Shown: in pieces, positions 40,071-53,212 of the stretch
Layout of the letters: the number at the start of each line of letters is the position of its first letter
Numbering within the stretch: position 1 is the first letter of the stretch
Origin: Malacoraja senta
Taxonomy: Eukaryota
DNA length: 64,000 nt
Reading direction: 5' to 3'
NCBI GenBank assembly: GCA_038087875.1
Contig: CM075990.1
Span: 9,178,001-9,242,000 of the forward strand
Made by a program: the position numbers and the translations under genes
Notes under the pieces: model-generated
Databases searched by the model: none
Told to the model about the DNA's origin: nothing
Seen by the model: only the letters and a program-made list of their open reading frames with translations

Positions 40071-40423
40071 AGGCAAGGCAACTTTAATTAGGCAAGGCAA
40101 CTTTAATTAGGCAAGGCAACTATAATTAGGCAAGGCAACTGTAATTAGGCAACACAGCTTTAGCATTTCCAATCCAAAGGCAACACAGCTTCAGCATTTC
40201 CAAACCAAAGGCAACACAGCTTCAGCATTTCCAAACCAAAGGCAACGCAGCTTTAGCATTTCCAAACCAAAGGCACACAGCTTTAGCATTTCCAAACCAA
40301 AGGCAGCACAGCTTTAGCATTTCCAAACCAAAGACAACACCGCTTTAGCATTTCCAAACCAAAGGCAACACAGCTTTAGCATTTCCAAACTAAAGGCAAC
40401 ACAGCTTTAGCATTTCCAAACTA
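40071..40423. repeat. Minisatellites inside the Helitron: 4 x 19 bp then 9 x 31 bp
   Basis: (aggcaaggcaactttaatt)4 then (aggcaacacagctttagcatttccaaaccaa)9. Confidence 0.95.
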
Positions 40424-42475
40424 TATTTTCAAACCACATTAAGGGCACTGACAGGTCAATAAAACCACTCACAGTTTAGTAGACATGTGTTCAGTGTTAT
40501 TCACAGCTCAGACTGTGACCTTCTCGCTCCCCCATCTTGCAGAGACTGACTGAGGCACTCAACACTTCCCGGTTTTATAGTCCCTCCGGAAGGGGCGTGG
40601 CATTCAGGAGAGAGATTCTCAACATTTTTTAAACACTAATAACTCTTTTATTTTTCATCGATGCAAAAAATCCTCTTGTCCTGCGCAGCGGAGGGGAGGG
40701 GGACTCTGAGTAAGATGGCCAAAAATCACAGCCGTAAGTGGCGGCGTTTTTTCAATATGCAGAACAGGAAGTAGTCAAGATCAGACTTTTACTAATATAG
40801 ATTGTATTTGTCATGTTAAATGCACTTCCAATTTCCCAATTCATACCATGCCCTAAAGTAACACTATCATATGGAAGCCAATATAAAACTTTTACCAATT
40901 TAACCTGTCTCTTGCTGTTACTTATCCAAACAGATTCTCTTCTTGATTTTTTAGCTAACATTATTCTTCTCTACATCTCTATCTCATTCTGCAACATCAG
41001 AGCTACCCCACATCTTTTTCCATTTTTTCTTCCTCTGCTAAAGATATTCTGGAACATTTACTTTCCAAAGTCATTTTGCAACCATTTCTTGAATGACATT
41101 TTGACAGCATCTATTTATGCTATTAATTCATCTACTTTGTTGTGAATCTAGTGTGCATTTCCATAGAGCATTCATTTTATGGGTTTTTTAAACCACTTTT
41201 CTCTTTTTGACTGTAATGTGAAATTATACTTACATTTATATGCAGTGAAACTTCCTGAAAATCTCATTATCATTATGTATTTTGCCACCCTATACGATAA
41301 TTTTGACCCTTCTCCTTTGTTTCCAAACATTCCCCTCATCAAAACCCTTCCACCCACCATTTTGATTGCACCTTCTCTACAGCCCAAGGTATGAGGTTTG
41401 CTGACATCACAGTCTCAGTTTGCCCCTAAATTAATCAAAACCCACACATTCAATTCACTGATTTCATCTATTCTATTCCAATTTGCACATTTCTCAGCTG
41501 ACAATCAACCCATTGTTGCTTTTGTGGCTCTGATTTTTAACTTGTGTCCCAGTTGCTCACTTTCATCTAAAATAACTACTTCATCCTAGCTGTATCATTG
41601 GTTGTCATATTGACCATAACAATTGGACTTTTGTCTTTCTACAAGATTTTTTCTATCCCCAAGATGTCTTAACCCAGTTAGTTGGATGAAAACAGAACCT
41701 TCGGGATGCACATTCATAGTTGCAAAGCTAAAACCCCATTTATTAACTAAGGCATCCCCTAATTAATCTCATATCTCTGCTTTAATTTCTATTTCCAAAC
41801 ATCAAAGCTCCAAACATCACAAAAATGTAAAAATTCAATTCAAATGTTGTGTACATAGCCCAGTCCATGCAAACCAGCCTCCCCCATCAACTTCATCTGC
41901 ACTTCCTGCTGTGTCAGGAAAGCAGCCAGAGTAATCAAGGTCCACTCACACCCCAGTCATTCACGCTTCTCCACTCTCCTGTTGGGCAGAAAATGCAAAA
42001 GCTTGAATTCATGTACCACCAGATTCAAGAACAAATACAGTACTTCCTGTTTTTAACAGACTCTTGAACAGACCTTTGGATGCTAAGGATGTATCTCTGA
42101 TCTTCCAATCTACCACATTGTAACCCTCACACTTTTGTATCTGCTATTTCTCTATAGCTGTAACAGTATATTCTGCACTCTGTTTTCTTTCACTGTTGAA
42201 CTCATCAACAGTACGATTGAACTCATCAATGGTATAATCTGGTTTGATCTGCTTGGACAGCATGCACTTGACAATAACAAACCAATATCAATACCCATAT
42301 TGAGAATTAGTGGAGCAGATGACAAAAAAAGTCCTCTAAATATTTGAAAAAGAGTAGGACTTGTAATTGAGTTAAAGATAACATTATCTTGAATACAACC
42401 TACTTGTGTTTTATTGTTTATGCTGTCACTATGAACCTTTAATAATTTCTCTGCAAAACAATAGTACAGACGTTG

Positions 42476-42573
42476 GTACACAAAAATGCTGGAGAAACTC
42501 AGCGGGTGCAGCAGCATCTATGGAGCGAAGGAAATAGGTAACGTTTCGGGCCGAAACCCTTCTTCAGACTGAA
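42476..42573 (-). repeat. Penelope-derived half repeat with the best-preserved hammerhead-like core
   Basis: Minus strand gtCTGAAGAa-gggt-ttcg-gccc-GAAAcgTTac. Confidence 0.75.
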
Positions 42574-43239
42574 AATGTTACTGTGTCAAGCAGTGGCACT
42601 ACAACCAGACGCAATTATATCAATGGAAATTACTGGCAGCTTCTCCTTTACTGCTGTTTGAATCAGTTACACATGGTGTTCTTTCTTCATCAAAATATGA
42701 CAGAACTGCAGCTACTCGCTATACTAAATATTGTTCCCGTTTCCCATTCCCCTCCTAACCATGACTATATGTCTAAATGAAGAAACAAAATGACAAGCAG
42801 TTGAACCATTAGTGCTTCTGCTCTAAGGTTATTTGATTTAATGAATTTTACATCATTTTTTAAAAACTTTATGATTAAACCAATCTGAATATTTTACTGC
42901 ATGTAGCAATCAGGTCACATAGATGACGCTGCATGTGTTAGAGACCAGAATTGAGAACAGGAAGACTTGTTTTCCACATAGGTTAATGATATTTTGCAAT
43001 AAAATTATTTTTGCTTTGAAAATAATCATGCAGAACCACCCTAAATAGAGAGTTGATTATGGCAGTGGGAAATTAAAGTAACTGTAAAGGGTTGTGCTTG
43101 AAACTTTGCTATGCTTTGAAAAATAGTTTTTCTGGACTTTTGTCTTCCATCTCAATTATGCATCTCATGATAGTAGCTTTAGTATCTAATGAACACAATG
43201 TGGACAGCAAGCTTAGATAAATGCAAACTTAAAGAGTAC

Positions 43240-43447
43240 CTGTTGCAGCAACCTCTTCAGTTTAAGTATCTGGGTCTTAACAGCTGTGCAGTCATGTACC
43301 ATGTGCCTCAGTGTCAGGACATCCAGCATCACGGTGCTCTCCGCCACAGGCCGAGAAGATCTCATGTGATTAGTGGGAGGGTGATAGTAACTTGAAGCTG
43401 CATGCCAATCAAAATGGTCCACTGGAAGCTCCTGGGAAACGGGACTC
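43240..43447 (-). CDS. CCSER2: Internal coding exon (208 nt) of coiled-coil serine-rich protein 2 (CCSER2/FAM190B)
   Basis: Minus-strand acceptor attttttcctctgcAG|G and donor CAG|GTactc. Translation SPVSQELPVDHFDWHAASSYYHPPTNHMRSSRPVAESTVMLDVLTLRHMVHDCTAVKTQILKLKRLLQQ matches from memory the CCSER2 motif TV.LD..TLRHMV.DCTAVKTQ.LKLKRLL (CCSER1 has a related but more divergent motif). 1 nt + 69 codons; ends in phase 0. Confidence 0.88.
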
Positions 43448-43669
43448 CTGCAGAGGAAAAAATAATGCATGATCACTGCTCAAATATTAAGTAATAGAAT
43501 TAAAACTAATATAAGTTCTAGAATCTCCATAAACAGGCCATGGATTTAGACAGGCAGTTAACCATCAAACAACTGTTCTGAAACTTTTCGAACCGCAACA
43601 GCAGATACAAATCTTGGCTTTATTTTAACATTACTAACAGCCTATTGAATCCTGCTTAAATCAAAGTCC

Positions 43670-43985
43670 GGAACCAGGGACCACAGTCTTAGAATAAAGG
43701 GGAGTCCATTTAAGACTGAGGTGAAAAAAAACGTTATCACCCAGAGAGTTGTGAATTTGTGGAATTCCCTGCCACAAAGGGCAGTGGATGCCAAATCACT
43801 GGATGGATTTAAGAGAGTTAGATAGAGCTCTAGGGGGGTAGTGGTATCAAGGGATATGGGGAGAAGGCAGGCACGGGTTATTGATTGGGGACGATCAGCC
43901 ATGATCACAATGAATGGCGGTGCTGGCTCGAAGGGCCAAATGGCCTCCTCCTGCACCTATTTTCTATGTTTCTACGTTTCTATGT
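43670..43985 (+). mobile_element. CR1 3' fragment
   Basis: TRDHSLRIKG...QRVVNLWNSLP coding, 3'UTR and (tttctatg)n tail. Confidence 0.85.
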
Positions 43986-45429
43986 ATGCTTTTTCACACT
44001 TCTGTACATCTTGCCTGATAGGAGAGGAGTTAACTGGTGGCCTTGCTAAGGCAGCGTGAAGTGTAGTACAAGTGTAGTTACTGTACGAGTGTAACAACTA
44101 AGGGAAAACCGCAATGTTGATCTAATTTGAGAAAAAAGGCAACTTGATAAAGTACAATGGAAAATGAAATAGGAGCAATTTGATTCCAACTTGACAGGCA
44201 ACCACATGTGAGGGAAATGTTCTGGAAAGCCAAAACAAGACGTTCACCCAAAATTGAGATGTAAAACTGCAGATTTATAATTGATGTCCTAATTATTTTA
44301 TTTTACATCAAACATGCATTTTCATCCAAACTGCATGGTTGATTTTGAGGGAAATTGAATTACCAGGACTCAGTGTGTCATCCAGAAGGCAATGAAAGAC
44401 AAATACATTTTATCTCCAAGGAGAATATTTCAGGCTGGATTCCTCCTAACCTAACAGCAAGTAATAGGATTGTGCCAAAGGGCCAATTCCTAACTTTAAT
44501 TGACTTTTCATCTCATACAGATCTTATGTAAATTGTATGCATGTCATGTTATTTCAGTGGCATTAGTCTGCCCCATAATGGAAGTTCAGGGTGATAGCAT
44601 GCCTTTGCATGGATCTTGTCATCATGGGCAATTAACACAAACATTTTTATAATAACTATTCTGCTACCTATAAAAGTAACATGACCAACATAATAGGAAA
44701 TTGTAAATAATGTTGAATATTCTGAAATAAATGATATAAATTTTAGAAAAAGACTATTTGCAAGGAAAAGAGTATATTTTCTTAAAAACATTAGATTATC
44801 ATTAGTGAATAAAATAAGCATAAATGTATGGAGACTTTTATTGTCTCTTCCTATATTTACTATATTTGATGCAGGACCAATTTCCCTCCTGGGATAAATA
44901 AAATTCTATCGTATCGTATATAATTGTAAAGTTCTGATTTGAATCTATGGATTATTGAACTGAGAGGATTATAGTTTTTATCATCACACTTTACTAATAA
45001 TCAGATATCATGCACATAAAAAGAACACTCAGGCTTTTCAATTCCTGGTTATTATTGGAAACTACCCTCCTGTGCCAGCCTCCAAAGTACCCACAGTCAC
45101 CAACCTCTTATTCGACTTTGTCCATTTTACTCAATGTTGGACTCACCAAACAGATTTAACTAATGAATTGATTGAACAGAAATTAAGAAATGGACCAAAA
45201 TATGGGTGCGCAAAATTATTTTCTGCGGAAAGATCAGAAAAGTCACCTTTATTTGCTGCGTACCAAGCTTGATAAATTCTGGCATTTTTCAAAAATAATT
45301 GTAGACAAATTACAGATAAAATAGAGATATGGAAAGCAATTTGAAAAGCAGCGGTTTGTTAGCCTTCATTGAAGTGCATTAATGTTTGGTATTACCAGAA
45401 CAGCACAATGCTTTTGTGAGAACGTGCTT

Positions 45430-45970
45430 AAAGAGTATTATGGTGTAGTTCTGGTTTCTTTCTCCAAGGAAGATATGCTTATCTTAGAGGGGATTCATCA
45501 AATGTTTAGGAAGGAACTGCAGATGCTGGTTTACATTCTTTCCATCCAGAGATGCTGCCTGTCCCGCTGAGTTACTCCAGCATTTAGTGTCTATCTTCAC
45601 AGCAAATGTTTTGCAGACTCATTTCCAGAAGGAGATGGATTCTCAAAGCATTTTGGAGGCCATTTAGAAGAACGAGGATCTCACAATTTAAAAAAACTAG
45701 ATAACAAAAAGCACTTCCTCAGGCAACTCAAGAACTAGAAACTGCTGTTTCAGATAAAAAAATTATTCACTCAAGTAGTTCAGAATCTTTGGAATGTTCA
45801 GTCTCATCGATCCTTTACTACAGTAAAAATTGAGTTTGACAAATTTTAAAAGACTAAAAGAATCCAGCGATCATGGTGATCATGCAGCAAAATAAGCAAA
45901 CTATGATTGTACAGAATGAAGTGGAAATTTGAGGGCTATATAATCCCCCACACCCAACTCTTCCTCTTGT
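45430..45970 (+). mobile_element. Degenerate CR1 interrupted by a Penelope-derived repeat (45508-45597)
   Basis: CR1 remnants on both sides; insertion flanked by catcaaatgttt / cagcaaatgttt. Confidence 0.55.
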
Positions 45971-47318
45971 GAAAATGACATAGCCTAGAAAAATAGCCGG
46001 TATAAACTTCAACATCAGCCAACATCATTTTTTAATTCTTCGCATTGATAATGTTATTTGCACAAAGGAATACATAAATCCTAACTTTACAAAGCACTAT
46101 ACCTAACCAATGAAAAAAACATAATTCTAATTAGAAAGAGCAAAGTGGTAATTTCAATCAACAAAACAACATCTGTTGTTTATTCCCCACAGTCGTAAAT
46201 ATCATCAGGAACAAGCATAAAGAATTGAGTAATATATAAAGCTATTCTAACTCTTAATATTTTGCAGTCATTGAGTGCATTAGCAAGCATCTGGTCAATG
46301 CAAAATTGTAAAATGATCTTTTACTATAAATAGTTCATACGTCAGTGAAGAGTTATTAAACTTTTTACCACACTCAGAAGGGAAGAAAGTGTTGCCTATC
46401 ATTTTCTTTATGTCTATTGCTTCGGCAGTACAATGAATTTTGAAGTACTGTACATCCATCATGTTTATTTTAAAACATTACGCAAAAAACTGCCAAATAT
46501 TTTACTACAAGGCACTGGGCCTGGATGTCAAGAGCTCAACAATGCTCCTCACATCAATCTAAACATCTTCTCTCCCAACTTTGTTAAAATGTTTCACAAA
46601 ATGATTACTTTAAATGTTATTACACAAATAATGGCATCAAATTGTATCCAAAAGATTTTACTCTCTCCCCGCTAATATTATATAACCTCCCAAAGACAGA
46701 AAATAGAAATGTTGATTCATATGAATCAATACTACAGTATGTTCCTATGGCAATGTGATTTGAAAAATGTATGACCCTCAATTGGAAAATGATTAAGAGC
46801 AGCTAAAAACATAACCTGTTTCTAATATAAAAACTTAAGGAAAACAATTGTGAAATAAGTTAAGCAACTGACATGGAGGTAAGTTTCTCTATTAAGTACC
46901 AATTGGAATTAGCCTATCAATACATCCAACCAACTATCTTGACAATTGCAGTAGACTTGAAAAGACGTGTTTATTCTATTCACTGAGAACAATCTCCCAG
47001 TAAATTGACACATTACACACTGAAACATTTACTTATTTCAGTTATCAGTTAAGCCTTCCTCAGAATAGCTTCAATGCTATATCTTTCTCGAGAACCAAGA
47101 AAGGTGACATTGTGGAGGTGTAATTATGATGCCAGAATCTCGATCAATTCAAACATATTGTTATGAAGGCTTGAAACAAAGAATGTCCTTCAATGAACCA
47201 CATTATTGGCCAGAATTCTCATATCCACATCATATCTTGTTGGCAATATAAACTGAGAAATAGAATTTCTGCTCTTCTAAACTTCAGCGAAGACAAGCTT
47301 AACCAGTCCAATCTTTAG

Positions 47319-49965
47319 TCAGGGCGCCATATTGTTTGGGACACATGGCTTCACATGCGTTTGTAATTGCTCAGGTATGTTTAATCGCCTACATAATGCA
47401 GGAATAAGAGAGCTCTCAGCACCTTTCCATCACCTTTGGAAACTTTAATTGCTGTTTATCAACACGAGGACCAAAGTTGTGCCAATGAAAGTCAAAGAAG
47501 CCATTATGAGACTGAGAAACAAGAATACAACTGTTAGAGACATCAGCCAAAATTTAGGCTTACCAAAATCAACTGTTTGGAACATGATTAAGAAGATTGG
47601 TTAAGAAGATTAAATTGTTGGCTAAGAAGATTAAATTGTTGGGTATTAATGGTGGAATAGCAAGATGGATTCAACAGTGGCTGAATGGGAGATGCCAGAG
47701 AGTAATGGTGGATGGCTGTTTGTCAGGTTGGAGGCCGGTGACTAGTGGGGTGCCTCAGGGGTCTGTGTTGGGTCCACTGTTGTTTGTCATGTACATCAAT
47801 GATCTGGATGATGGTGTGGAAAATTGGATTAGTAAGTATTCAGATGATACTAAGATAGGTGGTGTGGTGGATAATGAAGTAGATTTTCAAAGTCTACAGA
47901 GAGATTTAGGCCATTTGGAAGAGTGGGCTGAAAGATGGCAGATGGAGTTTAATGCTGATAAATGTGAGGTACTACATCTCGGCAGGACAAATCAAAATAG
48001 GACGTACATGGTAAACGGTAGAGAATTGAGGAATGCAGTTGAACAGAGGGATCTAGGAATAACTGTGCATAGTTCCCTGAAGGTGGAATCTCATGTAGAT
48101 AGGGTGGTAAAGAAAGGTTTTGGGGTGCTGGCCTTTATAAATCAGAGCATTGAATATAGAAGTTGGGATGTAATGTTAAAATTGTACAAGGCATTGGTGA
48201 GGCCAATTCTGGAGTATGGAGTACAATTTTGGTCGCCTAATTATAGGAAGGATGTCAACAAAATAGAGAGAGTACAGAGGAGATTTACTAGAATGTTGCC
48301 TGGGTTTCAGCAACTAAGTTACAGAGAAAGGTTGAACAAGTTAGGTCTTTATTCTTTGGAGCGCAGAAGGTTAAGAGGGGACTTGATAGAGGTCTTTAAA
48401 ATTATGAGCGGGTTAGACAGAGTTGACGTGGATAAGCTTTTTCCATTGAGAGTAGGGAAGATTCAAACAAGGGGACATGACTTGAGAATTAAGGGACAGA
48501 AGTTTAGGGGTAACATTAGGGGTAACTTCTTTACTCAGAGAGTGGTAGCTGTGTGGAATGAGCTTCCAGTGGAAGTGGTGGAGGCTGGTTCGATTTTATC
48601 CTTTAAAAATAGATTGGATGGGTATATGGACGGGAAAGGAATGGAGGGTTATGGTCTGAGTGCAGGTAGATGGGACTAGGGGGAAGTATTTATTTATATT
48701 TTAAAAAATAATAATAAAAATAAAAAAATGTTCGGCACGGACTTGAAGGGCCGAGATGGCCTGTTTCCGTGCTGTAATGGTTATATGGTTATATGATTAA
48801 GAAGAAAGAGAGCACTGGTGAGCTTACTAATCACAAAGTGACTGGCAGGCCAAGGAAGACCTCTACAGCTGATGACAGAAGAATTCTCTCTATAATAAAG
48901 AAAAATCCCCAAACGCCTGTCCGACAGATCAGAAACACTGTTCAGGAGTCAGGTGTGGATTTGTCAATGACCACTGTCCGCAGAAGACTTCATGAACAGA
49001 AATACAGAGGCTACACTGCAAGATGCAAACCACCGGTTAGCCGCAACGATAGGATGGCCGGGTTTGAGTTTGCCAAGAAGTACTTAAAAGAGCAACCACA
49101 GTTCTGGAAAAAAGTCGTGTGGACAGATGAGACGAAAATTAACTTATATCAGAGTGATGGCAAGAGCAAAGTATGGATGAGAGAAGGGACTGCCCAAGAT
49201 CCAAAGCATACCACCTCATCTGTGAAACACGGTGGCGGGGGTGTTATGGCCTGGGCATGTATGGCGGCTGAAGGTACTGGCTCACTTATCTTCATTGATG
49301 ATACAACTGCTGATGGTAGGAGCATAATGAATTCTGAAGTGTATAGACACATCCTATCTGCTTAAGTTCAAACAAATGCCTCAAAACCCATTGGCCGGCG
49401 GTTCATTCTACAGCAAGACAATGATCCCAAACATACTGCTAAAGCAACAAAGGAGTTTTTCAAAGCTAAAAAATGGTAAATTCTTGAGTGGCCAAGTGAA
49501 TCACCCGATCTGAACTCAGTTGGGCATGCCTTTTATATGCTGAAGAGAAAACTGAAGGGGATTAGCCCCCAAAACAAGCAAAACCTAATGATGGATGAAA
49601 TACAGGCCTGGGAGAGCATCACCAGAAAAGACACCCAGCAACTGGTGATGTCCATGAATCGCAGACTTCAAGCAGTCATTGCATGCAAAGGACATGCAAC
49701 AAAATACTAAAGATGACTACTTTCATTTATATGACATTGCTGTGTCCCAAATATTATGGTGCCCTGAAATGGGGGGACTATGTATAAACACAGCTGTAAT
49801 TTCTACATGGTGAAACCAAAATGTATAAAAATGGCCTTTATTAAAATCTGACAACGTGCACTTTAACCACATGTGATTTTTTTCTATTACAAATCTTAAA
49901 TTGTGGAGTACAGAGGTAAATAAATAAATGATGGGTCTTTGTCCCAAACATTATGGAGGGCACTG
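47319..49965 (+). mobile_element. Tc1 (IR/DR-type) transposon; transposase pseudogene; left IR mostly deleted
   Basis: HTH region 47480-47596, GRPRKT, WTDETK and QQDNDPKH. SPDLN is followed by a mutated third catalytic residue. Internal stops. Right IR 49741-49965 has two DRs (gtcccaaa.attatgg) and ends CACTG|TA. Confidence 0.92.
47597..48792 (+). mobile_element. Young 5'-truncated CR1 LINE inserted in the Tc1 transposase (13-bp TSD)
   Basis: Open 360-codon RT fragment (GVPQGSVLGPLLF, YSDD); TSD ATGATTAAGAAGA at 47584-47596 and 48793-48805. Confidence 0.95.
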
Positions 49966-51199
49966 TATATCCTACTGATTGGCTGATATATCATATCCAC
50001 GCTTACCATTTAGCTGGAATCATGAAATTATTTTATTTACAACACAGTGGGAGTACTATCATCAATGCTTTGAGGACAAGGCTTTCCTTAAAATATTTAT
50101 AATAAAAATAAAAACCTTTGAGCAATAAGCAAACAACATACATTCGCGCAAATAAAAAAAAACCCAATATGCCTGCCACAAAAGCTGACAGGTGTATATA
50201 TACCTTCACTTGTTAATTCTCCTTTTGCATAATTAATTCAGGCACTCTTAAAATGTTACCAAAGGTAGATTTCATGCCATCTCTCTTTAATTTGTTCAGT
50301 CGTCTGAAATTTCTATTGCTCCATTAGCAAGTAAGATCTCATCTGCTTTGTTTCAAAATCCACAAAGATAATTGTTTTATGTTGCTGAATGCAAACCATA
50401 CTGCTGCACCGTTGTAGAATCCGTATTTTAAAACAGTCTAATGAAGTAACGGACCCCTATTGTTTTACTACATTTGCGTATGAACTAATGATCAGTTTAG
50501 CTTGCTGCTTCAGCACATGACTCATTTTCACATTTTAAATTGCACACTTCAATTAACAAAAGGCACATATCACCAGATTTGCAGTAACACAGGCATTGTG
50601 TGCAACACAAATAGCTGTCATCTGAATATATTGCTGTATTTTTGCCATCTTTTGTTTTCTCTCATTTTTTCATGAAAATGGAGGAACAAAAACTATCCCT
50701 AATCAAATACTTAAAAGAAAACAAAAAAAAAGAATAATTTCATTTCCTGATGTTATGATGGTGAAAATTACAATAATTTCAATTGTTTTTTTAAACATCA
50801 TTAAAATCCATTACTTTTGGTTCTTTCTCAAGATTCATCTCAACCTACGTTGACGATGGGGACATCAAAATGTTATTCTGAACACAATATGATAAATTGA
50901 CTATCAGATTCAGCTGCAAGGGCCAAATCAACAAAATCATGTCTGAATGGGTCACATGTGATTCAGCATTAAGTGTCAACACAAGATCGAGGAATCACGT
51001 CAACACAAGATCACAGTTCGAGGAATGGACCTACTTGCCGGCATCTACTGCAGTCTTCTTCTGTGAAACAAAGTCCGACTAAAGTCTCTGAATCCAAATG
51101 CAGAGCAGATATTGGTCCCACCTTTAAAGAGTATGAATTCAATTGCTGGGAGAAAAGATAAGTGGGAATGGCCAGGGTATAAATGTTCGTTGCTTATAT

Positions 51200-51790
51200 T
51201 GGCTACTTTCCCATGGCAACGTAAAGTGTAGCTGGAATCAATGAAGGAGGGCTAGTTTGAATGATGGACTTAGCTACATACTCAACTCTCTGAAATATTT
51301 TCCATTCTTGAATAGAGTTGTTGCAAAAGCAAGTTGTTGTGCATCCAATGGGATGCCGTTTAAGGTGCATCTGTGGAAATTTAGTGAGGGTTTTTGGAGA
51401 TGCCAAACTACTTTAGACTTCTGAGGAAGTAGAGGCATTGGTGTACTTTTTTGGTCATAGCTTCAATGGGGTCCAGGACAAATTATTGGTGACATTTCGG
51501 CCCAGGATCCTGAAGCTCTTCACCATCTCCACTCAGTCATCAATGTTGCCAACTGGGGCATGTACACCACCTTGTTTCCTGAAGTGAGTGACCAGCTCCT
51601 TCATCTTACTGACAGTGAGATAAAGATTGTTATCTTGATACAATGTTACTCTGTCTCCTTTCTGTACACTGTCTTGTCATTTTTTGGCATCTGGCCCGCT
51701 ACGGTGGTGTCACCTGCAAACTTGTAAACGGAGTTAGAACAGAATTTGGCCAGAAAATCATTTGAGTATAGTAAGGGGCTCAGAACATAT
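51200..51790 (-). mobile_element. Degenerate Rex1/Babar-type LINE fragment
   Basis: Reverse complement gives YKFAGDTTVAG, SFRILG and QCLYFLRSL, homologous to the 5247-6164 ORF. Confidence 0.75.
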
Positions 51791-52794
51791 CCTTTCTCAA
51801 CAACTTGTGTACAAGCACACTTAAAACTAGAAATAATTATTTGTCAATTTGCTTGAATTACATTTTGTATATGTGTTATGTGGGATACCAAATCATAAAA
51901 AGATTCATTGACTCGGAGAGGGTGATAATTGTTTCAATGCAATTTACATCACTTAACAATTTCAATTTACACAAGTGGTTCAAATACTAAAAGGAAGAGT
52001 TTAGTGCTTATTGCTTGCACTTTATTCAAAAGCTGCCAGCATACTGGGCATGGAACTGTTATGGATTTAAGCATTTACATGATGATTATGACTGTTAAAG
52101 CTAATAAATTTGGATGCAGTGATACAGCGATTTCCTTGAATTATTTATCCGTGCAATTGCTTTGCTTGACTTAAGCCTACAGGATGTCATGGCCAACAAA
52201 ATTCATATTAGGCATTCACAATTACAGAAATAACATGAAAGAATAATGACTGTAAAGCCAGACCATGCTATAAAGTACTTTTGAAATATAGTTACTGCTG
52301 TAATTTAGAAATAAAGTTAAAAAATAGTGGTGATCAAATCATCTGTTTAGATGACGTGATTAAATATGGACTTCAGGAGAATGTTAACTCTCACACTCGT
52401 TTACAAGTGCAGAGGGGCATCTATTTTACTGCAATGCGAGCACATGAACATAGTCTTACTTCAATGCCTTATTAGAAAGATGATGAATATAACAATGCAA
52501 CAGTTCCTCACCACCACACCCAAGCAATGCCCCTCTAACATGCCTCTGTACACCATTCTGATAGAACAGCGCATTAGATAATTTACCCTATTTCAGCATT
52601 TCTCAGTATAATATTCCCCAGTTCCACCCTTCTAACAGGTGTATCTCCTCAGCATTGCCCCTCTAGCTGTTACCAGGCAAGGCAGCCCTCGTTCAGAAAT
52701 TTATTTTAGGGGAATGCAGTTTATCCTTTAATTTTCCAAATATATGCAGTGAGCAGATCAGAAATCCTGCTTCATAACTAAAAATTAAATAACC

Positions 52795-53130
52795 ATAGAT
52801 AGGGTAGATGGTCAGAATTTTTTCCCCATGTTAATAGAATCAAAAACAAGACAGCAAAAGTCATGGTGAGAGAAAGAAAATTTGAAGAGAAAGGCCCTTT
52901 TCAAAACATGAGAGCAGATGATATCTCAATCTCACTGTCAGTTGTGGCGGTGGAATCAGATACACTCATTCAGTTACAATCATTCAGTGACATAGACTGT
53001 CACTTAAATAGGTAAGGTGTAGAAACTAATCTACGATGGGCAAATGGTACTAGAATGGATAGGTATAAAGGTAGGCATGAACATGGTGGGCCAAAGGGCA
53101 CATTTCTGTGCTGTGCAACTCAATGACTCT
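52795..53130 (+). mobile_element. Degenerate CR1 3' fragment
   Basis: atagatagggtagatggtcagaa ... catggtgggccaaagggc..tttctgtgctgt. Confidence 0.6.
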
Positions 53131-53212
53131 GCCTTTAAGAAAATAAATGGGCTGTTTATTTAAATTATGCAAAGATGCCTTATTATATTGATCGGCGTTA
53201 AAGATTAAGTTG

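Larger units (their letters stand above)
36625..40801 (-). mobile_element. Composite non-autonomous Helitron, interrupted by a chimeric CR1 insertion (37311-40062)
   Basis: Minus-strand 5' end A|TCTATATTAG at 40801. 3' end has an 8-bp hairpin tgggaccc-gtt-gggtccca (36635-36653) then CTAG|T at 36625. Inserted at AT with no TSD. 37010-37310 and 40515-40800 are homologous 5'-end modules. Confidence 0.85.

Noticed and set aside
40147..40423. 31-bp repeat array as a CRISPR array
   Set aside because: Head-to-tail units with no unique spacers, no cas genes, and vertebrate context
48793..49365. Functional transposase gene
   Set aside because: N-terminus split off by the CR1, premature stops, third catalytic residue mutated, left IR deleted
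50200..50700. Repeat-free stretch as a possible conserved enhancer or extra exon
   Set aside because: No convincing splice-bounded ORF; conservation cannot be judged without alignments
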